DNA from: Candidatus Thorarchaeota archaeon
GTDB taxonomy: Archaea > Asgardarchaeota > Thorarchaeia > Thorarchaeales > Thorarchaeaceae
DNA: 23,976 nt
Reading direction: 5' to 3'
Assembly: GCA_003345595.1 (NCBI GenBank)
Contig: PRDI01000103.1
Coordinates: forward strand, 1 to 23,976
A program made the translations under genes and the position numbers. The notes below the pieces were generated by a model. The model had not been told where the DNA came from. It saw only the letters and a list, made by a program, of their open reading frames with translations, and did not search any database. Position 1 is the first letter of the stretch; each line of letters begins with the position of its first letter. This document shows, in pieces, positions 16,351 through 23,976 of the stretch.

Positions 16351-17388
16351 TCAGTACCTCTTCTTCTTCTTGGGATACGCCCTGAAATGAGTTCGAGGCT
16401 CAAGAGTCACCCACCGGTCTGACTCATCTATGTGAGATAGGGATCGCAGGATGTCAAAGGTCAACCATCTGGTGACCTCGGGGCGTGGGAGGTACTCCCA
16501 GAGGCCGTATGGCCCCTGAACCTGTTTCACGTAGCTGAGTATGTCTGCCACCCGCGGGTCATTAATGTCTGCGCCCACCCTCCAGCACAGATCCAAGACA
16601 AGAGCAACGTCGAAACGGGCATGGTAGGTGAGGAAACCTCTCGCTGGCTCTGCCCCGATGTTTCTCGCTACTTCGAAACCGAGGGCCTGTCGCTCGCGGG
16701 TTTCGCGACCGAGAAGCAGGTCGAGCGCCCTCTGAGCTTCAACGCCCGATCGTTTCTCAGGGTGCAATGCAAGGCACACTAATGCCGCAGTTGTGTTGGT
16801 CCGGCACCCCCATTGTGTGTTGGGCAACCGTCTGTACCCGGCTACACGTCCAAGTACATCTCCCGCCAATCCCGTGGGCCAAGAGCCATCTTCGAGCCTT
16901 TGGAAAACCAACCAGTCGTACGCTCGTTCAGCTCTAGAGTCGACAGCCTGCCCGCATGCGGCCACGCCTCTGAGAGGAAGAGCGGTCTGCATCGGTATCA
17001 TTGTATAGCCCTTCGAAGCAGGTGTTTCCCTCTCCCACATGCCCGGCAAAGGCCATGACCCGTCATGCCGTTGCTTGGAGAAGAGATACTCAACTCCGTG
17101 CTTGACGGCAGGATGCTGAGCATCAAAGCCCAGATATCCGAGCGTAGTCAGAGCCTGAGATGTGGCGTGGATCTTGCCACCGGGTGAAGAACCAGCAGTG
17201 GCGATTCGCTTCCAAGATCCATCTCCGGATTGCAGAGCCAGCAGGTGAGTAACTATGGAGTCTTTCTCCCGGAGGTTCTCGAGTTCTCTGATCTCAGAAT
17301 CACTGTCCTTGCGACCGAGTAGTTCCTTCAGTACCAGCAATCTGAGACAGGGCGACGCGTCTGCAAGGAGGAGACCTGCCCAAGTCAT
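16351..17388 (-). CDS. Prenyltransferase/squalene-oxidase (QW) repeat alpha/alpha-barrel protein of unknown function
   Basis: Repeats LQSGDGSW, KQRHDGSW, QRLEDGSW and VQGPYGLW. Its ATG overlaps the upstream TGA (ATGA at 17385-17388). Confidence 0.8.
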   Translation of the reverse strand: MTWAGLLLADASPCLRLLVLKELLGRKDSDSEIRELENLREKDSIVTHLLALQSGDGSWKRIATAGSSPGGKIHATSQALTTLGYLGFDAQHPAVKHGVEYLFSKQRHDGSWPLPGMWERETPASKGYTMIPMQTALPLRGVAACGQAVDSRAERAYDWLVFQRLEDGSWPTGLAGDVLGRVAGYRRLPNTQWGCRTNTTAALVCLALHPEKRSGVEAQRALDLLLGRETRERQALGFEVARNIGAEPARGFLTYHARFDVALVLDLCWRVGADINDPRVADILSYVKQVQGPYGLWEYLPRPEVTRWLTFDILRSLSHIDESDRWVTLEPRTHFRAYPKKKKRY

Positions 17389-20300
17389 GTTCTTCCCTCC
17401 AGAGCATCCTTGATGTAGTGGGCGGTCGGTGTTTCACCACGTGCGACCTCCTCGGGAGGGCCTGACGCGATGACCTTGCCGCCGTCCGGACCTGCTCCGG
17501 GCCCGAGCTCAACCAGCCAGTCACATGCAGTCAGCAAATGAGGGTGATGTTCAACGACAATGACACTGTGCCCTTCATCTACGAGTCTGTGCAACACACC
17601 TGTCAGACGATTGACGTCCTCCATGTGCTGGCCGACAGTCGGCTCGTCGAGGATGTAGAGAGTACTACCATTGCTCTTCTCTGAGAGCTCTTCTGCAATC
17701 TTGAGCCTCTGTGACTCTCCTCCAGACAGAGCATACCCGGACTGGCGCAAGACCAAATAGCCAAGCCCCACATCCTTAGCCGCTCTAATCTTCCTTGCTA
17801 GTGTTTCATTCTGACCAAATAGGTCATAGAGCTCGTCGATAGTGAGACTTCCTACATCCGCAAAGGGAATGCCCTTGAGCCGGACGTCCCAGGACTCACG
17901 AGAACGACCCGTCCCTTGACACGTTTCACACGGCGTGTACATGTCAGGAAGAAAACCCATGTCAGTCCGTACGGTTCCCCTTCCATCGCAGACCTCACAG
18001 GGTTTGGAGAGGCTCTCTTCGCTCTCCCCAAGAGCAACAGCATCTTCGCTCTGGGCAAACAGCGACAAGAGCGGGTCGAAGAGTCTGAGATACTGGCCAG
18101 GGCTACTGATGTGCTCTCGCGTCTGGTCAAGCACAACTGTCCTTGCAGGAGCACCTTCGATGGAGTCGTGCTGGCCCGGCTCAGTTGGCTGGCTTGCAAC
18201 GCTTGTCGTGTATTTCTTCGGTGCTAGTGCCCTCCCGATCGTGTCGACAATAAGTGTGCTCTTTCCAGATCCCGAAACACCACAAACTCCGACAAGTACG
18301 CCCAAGGGGATTTGAACATCATCGCCGCGCAGATTATTCTCTTTCGCGCCTCTGACTGTCAGCCAGGATTTCGGTTCGCGTCGGGGCCTGATGACTGATG
18401 CTTTGCCTTCCCCGCGAAGCCATCTACCCGTTGCGGTGTCGCTCTTGGCAAGCTGTTTGAGAGACCCCGATGCGACAACTTGTCCTCCTGCCACACCTGC
18501 ACCAGGCCCCATCTCGATAAGCTGATCAGCAGCTCTGATCAATACTGGATCATGCTCAACGACGAGCACCGTGTTACCCTCGTCCCTTAGATCTCTCAAG
18601 GCGTCCACCAGCGATTCAACTTCAGATGGGTGCATTCCACGGGTTGGCTCGTCTAGTATGACAGTGAGCGAAGTCAGTCTGCTTCCTAGCAGTCCTGAGA
18701 GTCTGACCCTCTGTGCCTCTCCAGCAGAGAGCGTTGCCGTGACTCTGTTCAGATGAAGGTAGCCTAGTCCAACCCTAGTCAGAAAGACCAAACGTTTCAG
18801 AACTGTTTCCAGGCTGCTCTTGGCTGGTTGAACCCCGGAGCCCCGTCCAATGAGAGGGCTCAAGACCCTAGCAAGCTGAACTAGCGGCATCTGACTCAGC
18901 TGATATACATCATGCCCCGCAAGCTTCACGGCAAGGTACTCGGGACGGAAGCCGGTGCCCTTGCATTGGTCACATGATTTCGTGTTCGTGTACGTACCAC
19001 CTACGTCCCACTCTCCAATCCAGCCGTAGAAGCCCCGGAATCGCACACTTCTCATGTATGGCGGCCTTCTGGGGCTCTCGAACTCGACCTGCATAGGCTC
19101 GGTTTCACCAAACAAGAAGGATTTCTGACCTTCGCGAGTAATGTCCTTCCAAGGGGTGGTCTTTGGGTCGAAACCATATCGTCGACCCACAGCTTGGACT
19201 ATGTAGAAGCCGCTATTGTAGGGCTTGCAGAGGAAGCCCTTTGGGAAGAAGCCAGGTGAGTATATAGCTCCACCACAGATGGGCTTGTCCGGGTCGATGA
19301 TGAGTTTCTCGGGAGCAGGAACTTGGAGAGTTCCGACCCCATGGCAGACTGAGCATGCTGATGAGTAGGTCGATGATGAAAAGTGCCTTGTTTCTGCGAG
19401 CGGAGCTTTCGCTCCACAATTCGGACAAATCCACTGCTGGCTTCGCTTCATCTGCGCACCACACTGTAGACAGGTCCGTTTTCCGATAGCTGCGAGGAGA
19501 GCCGCGAGATGGTGGGAGATTTCAGTGACTGTCCCGACAGTGGACCTTCGGCTGTAGAGGCTCTGTCCGGGTATGATCGAGACTGATACTCCTAGCCCCG
19601 ACACAGAGTCGACCGGAGACTCGGGGCCCTCATGTATTCCTTGCCTCTCATACAGTGAGAGCGTTTCCAGGAACCTACGTTTTGCTTCCGACTCAAGGAC
19701 ATCGTGAATCAAGCTCGACTTTCCGGAGCCTGAAACTCCTGTAACCACAGTCAATGCGCCCTTGACGAAGTCAATGTCGACGCCCTTCAGGCTGTTAGCA
19801 CGTGCGTTCCTTATCGAGATGCAGTCTGATCGCTTGTGCATCGTCCCCGGTTTGGCCCTTGGACGGACACGTGCGTCCTCCTTGATTGCTTGTCCTGTGA
19901 AAGACTCCTTATCTCTAGCCAGCCCGTCTGGAGACCCGGCATAGACTACGCGTCCTCCATTGGGTCCAGCACCTGGCCCGAGATCAATCACCCAGTCTGC
20001 AGCCTTGATGATGTCTAGATTGTGCTCGACGACAACCACTGTCGCTCCGATACGCACAAGGCGGTCCAATACGGACAGTAAGCCAGCGAGGTCCTTGGGA
20101 TGTAGTCCAGTGGACGGCTCATCCAGGATAATGAGTCGATTCGAGAGATTTCTTCGACCAAGGAACTTTGCCAGCTTCACTCTTTGAGACTCACCCCCAG
20201 AGAGGCTTGGAGATGGTTGGCCAATGGTCAAGTAACCAAGACCAATGGTGACCAGCGCGTCAAGCATGCTTCTTGCAGACTCTCGAGTTCCATTCGAGAG

Positions 20301-22244
20301 TCGTTCGTCATTGACAAAGAGTGAATGCGCCTGCGAGATTGACAAGTGGTAGATGTCCGCGATTGAATAGCTCTTGCCGTGGAAGTCCACTCTCGCTGAG
20401 ATGACCGGGTCAGAAAAACGTTGACCACTGCAATCGGCACATGGTATCCAAGATGATGGCAGATAGTGCATCTTGACTTCAACCGCACCCATGCCCCTAC
20501 ATGTCGGACATGCTCCCTCCGGGCGATTGAATGAGAAATGTGAGGTGGACAGATTGGTCTGTTTGGCGAAGAGCTCCCTAATCACGTCTGAGAGCTTCGT
20601 ATAAGTCGCCGGGTTTGACCGAGGATTCCTTCCGATGGGTCCTTGGTCAACAAGAACGGGCTTCATGCCACCGCCATTTATGATCCGGCAGCCCACAGGT
20701 CGTCGCTTCAACAATGAAGGAACAAGGACATCCTCGACGAGAGTGCTCTTGCCTGATCCGGAAACCCCACTGATGACTGTGAAACGCCCGATAGGAATCG
20801 AAACCTCGATGCCTTGGAGATTGTGCACGCTTGCACCGCCGATTGTGATGAAGCGGTCTGGCGTGGGTCTTCGTCCTGGGCCAAGAACCCTATCATGAAG
20901 GCTGAAATAGCGTCCTGTCGCTGTTTCAGACTTCCATAGCTCAGCTGGCGTACCTGTGAACACGATTTCACCACCAGCATCGCCTGCCCCAGGGCCGACG
21001 TCTACAGCTCTATCTGCAAAGGCCGCGGCAGCCCTGTCGTGCTCAACATAGATGACTGGTCCAGGGAGCTCTCTGAAGCGAAGAAGAAGCTTGGAAGCAT
21101 CCTTCACGTGTTGACCTATCGTCGGTTCGTCCAGCACATGGACTACATCCTCTAGCCGGCTGGTCAACGACACAGCCAATCGGACTCTTTGCGACTCGCC
21201 TCGCGACAACGTCGGCGAAGGCCGGTTGAGCTGAATATAGCCAAGGCCTACGCCAGCAAGTGAGTCCAGGCGCTTCTGAATCTCCAACGTCACGCGCGAT
21301 GACGCAGACGGCATCATTGTGGTCTTGAGTAAAGCTTGGGCCTCCTCGACAGTCAGAGCGAGGAACTCAGTGAGGCGAAGACCCTGCCACTTCACAGCTG
21401 CAGCCTGTGGGTGCAGACCAGTAGCAAAACAGTGCTGACATCCACTGCCCCTGCAGTGTGGACACGGAGTATGGAAGTGCACAGGTCGAATATCCTCAAA
21501 ACGGGTTCCACATTCTGAGCAGACCGCGGTGCGTGGCAAATGAACCACCGATTTCCTGCCACGGGCAACCATGACACTGGCACCGAGTGCTGTTGACTCC
21601 TCAACAATCCTTCGAACGTGGGAAGACCTGTCTGCATGTTCGACTCGTCCGACCTCGACTTCTATGGTGTGCTCCTTTGAAGGCTTCAGCTGTTTGCCAT
21701 CGTATGGATTCCCGTCGACAAGTACGCGGCCGGCGCCGAACTGCTCGTCCAGAATCCCGAGGAGTGTGCGGTGACTGCCCACTACTCGACTCACCAATGA
21801 AGCATACACTTCAATCGTTCCTTGACCTCTCAAAGAGAGTAGTCTGTCTACAATCTCGTCCTCTGTGAGTACTGATAGGCTGTTTCCACATTTGGAGCAG
21901 TGCCGCACGCCAAAGTTGGCGTAGAGAAGCCTGAGAAAAGGATGAATCCCGCAGGACGTGGCGAGGGTCGACAAAGGATTGCGGTTCAGCAGATTCTGAC
22001 CCACTGCGATGGTTGGACCTATGCCCGTGATTGACTGCACGTTGGCCGGGGTCAATCTTACGGCCTTTGAGCCCGACGAAAAGACGTCGAGAAATCGGCG
22101 ACGAGCCTCGTGGTAGATCGTGTCAAACACAAGAGAGGTTTTACCTGAACCGGATACGCCAGTGACGACAGTGAGCCCTTCTTCAATGTCAACGTCTACA
22201 CTCTTGAGATTGTGCTCGGCCGCGCCCCGGACTCGGATTTCCAT
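17385..22244 (-). CDS. uvrA: Double-length (tandem-fused) UvrA-family ABC ATPase, ~1619 aa
   Basis: Four Walker A motifs (GVSGSGKT/S), four signatures (LSRGE, LSGGE, LSAGE, LSGGE), four Walker B motifs (LDEP) and multiple CxxC pairs. Four 'GA..HNL/NSL/NNL' entry strands and 'NPRSNPATY'. The start was moved to ATG 22244 (MEIRVRGAAEHNLK) because the longer ORF overlaps the upstream gene. Confidence 0.9.
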   Translation of the reverse strand: MEIRVRGAAEHNLKSVDVDIEEGLTVVTGVSGSGKTSLVFDTIYHEARRRFLDVFSSGSKAVRLTPANVQSITGIGPTIAVGQNLLNRNPLSTLATSCGIHPFLRLLYANFGVRHCSKCGNSLSVLTEDEIVDRLLSLRGQGTIEVYASLVSRVVGSHRTLLGILDEQFGAGRVLVDGNPYDGKQLKPSKEHTIEVEVGRVEHADRSSHVRRIVEESTALGASVMVARGRKSVVHLPRTAVCSECGTRFEDIRPVHFHTPCPHCRGSGCQHCFATGLHPQAAAVKWQGLRLTEFLALTVEEAQALLKTTMMPSASSRVTLEIQKRLDSLAGVGLGYIQLNRPSPTLSRGESQRVRLAVSLTSRLEDVVHVLDEPTIGQHVKDASKLLLRFRELPGPVIYVEHDRAAAAFADRAVDVGPGAGDAGGEIVFTGTPAELWKSETATGRYFSLHDRVLGPGRRPTPDRFITIGGASVHNLQGIEVSIPIGRFTVISGVSGSGKSTLVEDVLVPSLLKRRPVGCRIINGGGMKPVLVDQGPIGRNPRSNPATYTKLSDVIRELFAKQTNLSTSHFSFNRPEGACPTCRGMGAVEVKMHYLPSSWIPCADCSGQRFSDPVISARVDFHGKSYSIADIYHLSISQAHSLFVNDERLSNGTRESARSMLDALVTIGLGYLTIGQPSPSLSGGESQRVKLAKFLGRRNLSNRLIILDEPSTGLHPKDLAGLLSVLDRLVRIGATVVVVEHNLDIIKAADWVIDLGPGAGPNGGRVVYAGSPDGLARDKESFTGQAIKEDARVRPRAKPGTMHKRSDCISIRNARANSLKGVDIDFVKGALTVVTGVSGSGKSSLIHDVLESEAKRRFLETLSLYERQGIHEGPESPVDSVSGLGVSVSIIPGQSLYSRRSTVGTVTEISHHLAALLAAIGKRTCLQCGAQMKRSQQWICPNCGAKAPLAETRHFSSSTYSSACSVCHGVGTLQVPAPEKLIIDPDKPICGGAIYSPGFFPKGFLCKPYNSGFYIVQAVGRRYGFDPKTTPWKDITREGQKSFLFGETEPMQVEFESPRRPPYMRSVRFRGFYGWIGEWDVGGTYTNTKSCDQCKGTGFRPEYLAVKLAGHDVYQLSQMPLVQLARVLSPLIGRGSGVQPAKSSLETVLKRLVFLTRVGLGYLHLNRVTATLSAGEAQRVRLSGLLGSRLTSLTVILDEPTRGMHPSEVESLVDALRDLRDEGNTVLVVEHDPVLIRAADQLIEMGPGAGVAGGQVVASGSLKQLAKSDTATGRWLRGEGKASVIRPRREPKSWLTVRGAKENNLRGDDVQIPLGVLVGVCGVSGSGKSTLIVDTIGRALAPKKYTTSVASQPTEPGQHDSIEGAPARTVVLDQTREHISSPGQYLRLFDPLLSLFAQSEDAVALGESEESLSKPCEVCDGRGTVRTDMGFLPDMYTPCETCQGTGRSRESWDVRLKGIPFADVGSLTIDELYDLFGQNETLARKIRAAKDVGLGYLVLRQSGYALSGGESQRLKIAEELSEKSNGSTLYILDEPTVGQHMEDVNRLTGVLHRLVDEGHSVIVVEHHPHLLTACDWLVELGPGAGPDGGKVIASGPPEEVARGETPTAHYIKDALEGRT

Positions 22245-22354
22245 TTGCTCACTGCAGGCACCGTGAAACACGCAACTAGATGAAGCCTGCGGATGCTCTC
22301 TGTTCCGACGCTGAAAATGTACATCAGGCAGGAGGCGACCTGAGGTATTCGCCG

Positions 22355-23416
22355 TCAGGTCTGTACAAATGACTTCTCGCGGAGCACATTGAAACCAAAA
22401 CGCTGAATCCGCCAGTACTTGTAGTCTCCAACGAAATCGTCTATCATGATTGTCCGATAACCGCGAAGCAGACGCTTGAGCGTCGAAGCCTCGGAAGCAA
22501 GCCTCTTCCACCCAATTCGGGTCTCTTCTTGGTCGCGAGTCGACAACTCCATTATCACATCTATGCCATGCTCACCAAAGGATGGCAGCCACTGAGCCAT
22601 GTCGGCAAGAGTGAATAGGTGCGCGTCCACTCCAATGTAGCTCTCGTCATCAAACCATACTGTCGGCAAGTCTAGAACCTTCACTGTCGGGTGGTCCTTT
22701 GTCAGGCCTGAATAGGCGTACTTCGCGACGAATCCACAGTTACGTAGTACAGTGATGTGAGCCATAATCGACTTCTCCCAGCGGTTTGCTTCTGGGATCA
22801 ATGGCTGCTGAACAGGGGGCCTGAGGAGTTGCTCCCACACCTTCTCGCCATGCGCCCATCGAACGGAAACGCCCTGTAAGCCTCTCTGTATTCTTTCACG
22901 ATAGCCGGCAAGTTGGCGGCTCATCACAACCGCTGACTCCAGTAGCCTCTCCCAAGCCGAACGTTTCTCGTCATCTGAGCCCCATGGGTAGTAGAGTACT
23001 ACTCTGTCGCCAGGAGTGAACTCAGGGATCCAGAATGAGGCATCAGCCATAGTGAAAAGGTGGGCCTCGAATCCGGGATAGCTGGGTTGGGTCAGCACAA
23101 CGTGCGGCAAATGCATTGCATCATTCGAGAGGCCAGAGCACACCTGTGCCACCGAGAATCCTGCGTTTCCAAACACTTGAGTGACCAGAGTGCTGACGCT
23201 TGCGGGATCGCAAATCATTTCTACGTTGGCTAGTTGGCCAGCTTGACTTTCAGCTGAGTGTGCCGCAGTGAAGCCATCGCACGGTCTCGTCAATGATGAC
23301 CAGCGAGTGAGCTTCTTGCAGTACCCACCCCTGCCGCACCCGTAGTAGGTGTACTGCCTGCATCTGAGACATGGCAGCGCCGGTCCCTCTGCCCACGAGT
23401 GATTTGCGGTGGACAT
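22355..23416 (-). CDS. Hypothetical protein with N-terminal Cys cluster and an internally duplicated domain
   Basis: Long ORF with 'CLRC-x7-C-x5-C-x12-C', followed by two homologous ~120 aa units. Start uncertain (ATG 23416 after GGAGG, or 23503). Confidence 0.75.
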   Translation of the reverse strand: MSTANHSWAEGPALPCLRCRQYTYYGCGRGGYCKKLTRWSSLTRPCDGFTAAHSAESQAGQLANVEMICDPASVSTLVTQVFGNAGFSVAQVCSGLSNDAMHLPHVVLTQPSYPGFEAHLFTMADASFWIPEFTPGDRVVLYYPWGSDDEKRSAWERLLESAVVMSRQLAGYRERIQRGLQGVSVRWAHGEKVWEQLLRPPVQQPLIPEANRWEKSIMAHITVLRNCGFVAKYAYSGLTKDHPTVKVLDLPTVWFDDESYIGVDAHLFTLADMAQWLPSFGEHGIDVIMELSTRDQEETRIGWKRLASEASTLKRLLRGYRTIMIDDFVGDYKYWRIQRFGFNVLREKSFVQT

Positions 23417-23667
23417 CTGTCCATGACGCCTCCTAGTCAACTGTCCTTGATTGAACCGATGCCAACATAGCGAATCATGAGTTCTTGTACCTTGGCCGGT
23501 CATAAGACGAGTCTAATGTGAATCGCTTTCAACCCAAGGGCATCGTAGACACCTCGCCCCCTATAATGGCGTGACGATAATGCTGCATATGGTAGGTCCC
23601 ACCATTCCTGATGCGGTTTGCACTGGCACCTGTATGCAGGTTAGCACTTTTGAAAGTGATCGCCGAA

Positions 23668-23976
23668 CTACGTTTCAGCCGGCTCTGAATCTGCCTCGTC
23701 CTTGCTGTCCTCAGGCTCAGCTTTTCTCAGGACATGCCAGACATGGGAAAGGGGAGCCAACAGGTATGTTCTGAAACCTTCAACCGTGGAAAGGCTTCGC
23801 ACACCGCGGCGAGCATCAGAAACGATGGTGTCAATCAGTACCTTCTCATCAACCTCTCCCACTTCCCTGACAGAAGCCAGCCTATAGAGAGAATACAGCC
23901 CAATCAGGAAGGATATCATGAACAGGAAGTCCAATCCACGAAGCTTGAAGGCCGGTATCACAAACTGAAAACCCGG
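23668..23976 (-). CDS. 3' end of a membrane transporter, probably MFS (runs off the right edge)
   Basis: The frame is open to the window end. The final TM helix 'GLDFLFMISFLIGLYSLYRL' followed by 'V.E.GEV.EK' resembles the C-terminus of an MFS subfamily. Confidence 0.6.
   Translation of the reverse strand, partial: PGFQFVIPAFKLRGLDFLFMISFLIGLYSLYRLASVREVGEVDEKVLIDTIVSDARRGVRSLSTVEGFRTYLLAPLSHVWHVLRKAEPEDSKDEADSEPAET

Noticed and set aside
16351-17388. Squalene-hopene/oxidosqualene cyclase, implying hopanoid or sterol synthesis in an Asgard archaeon
   Set aside because: Only 345 aa (one barrel), no DxDD/DCTAE catalytic motif and no isoprenoid genes nearby. QW repeats alone indicate fold, not function.
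22245-22511. 89 aa N-terminal extension of UvrA in the ORF track
   Set aside because: It overlaps the upstream gene by over 150 bp and has no UvrA-like character. Homology begins at MEIRVRGA (22244).
49-23887. Numerous short ORFs antisense to or nested in the called genes (e.g. 627-1001, 2528-2965, 12790-13272, 17935-18315)
   Set aside because: These are shadow ORFs of well-supported genes with no independent motifs.
1-23976. CRISPR array, tRNA/rRNA, transposase/integrase, selenocysteine readthrough
   Set aside because: No regularly spaced repeats, RNA gene signatures or recombinase motifs were seen. The two TGA stops I read through (thiR and the 92 aa ORF) do not continue into plausible protein.

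Overview
Gene-dense archaeal window, most likely from an Asgard archaeon (Thorarchaeota-like). This is inferred from a gelsolin-domain protein next to a roadblock/LC7 protein, an archaeal ThiR regulator, TATA-like promoters and GGTGA/GAGG-type RBSs. From left to right it holds: the 5' fragment of a class I/II (alanine-type) aminotransferase; roadblock; a one-domain gelsolin with a Pro-rich linker and extra C-terminal domain; a thiamine ABC transporter (thiBPQ) divergent from thiR, with a candidate operator; a palindrome-rich intergenic gap; two predicted cell-surface glycoproteins; a GNAT; a small orphan; an Fe-S flavoprotein; a fucose-isomerase-like protein; a phosphoribosyltransferase; an Nramp transporter; and a cupin. 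The right end has a minus-strand block of an internally duplicated Cys-rich orphan, a double-length UvrA-like ATPase (~1619 aa, four ABC modules) and a QW-repeat alpha/alpha-barrel protein coupled to it by an ATGA overlap, then the 3' end of an MFS transporter. The best leads are the asymmetric tandem UvrA, whose halves have lost complementary accessory domains, its coupled barrel partner, and the gelsolin-roadblock pair. No rRNA, tRNA, CRISPR array or mobile element was recognised. All family assignments are by-eye motif recognition, not database searches.
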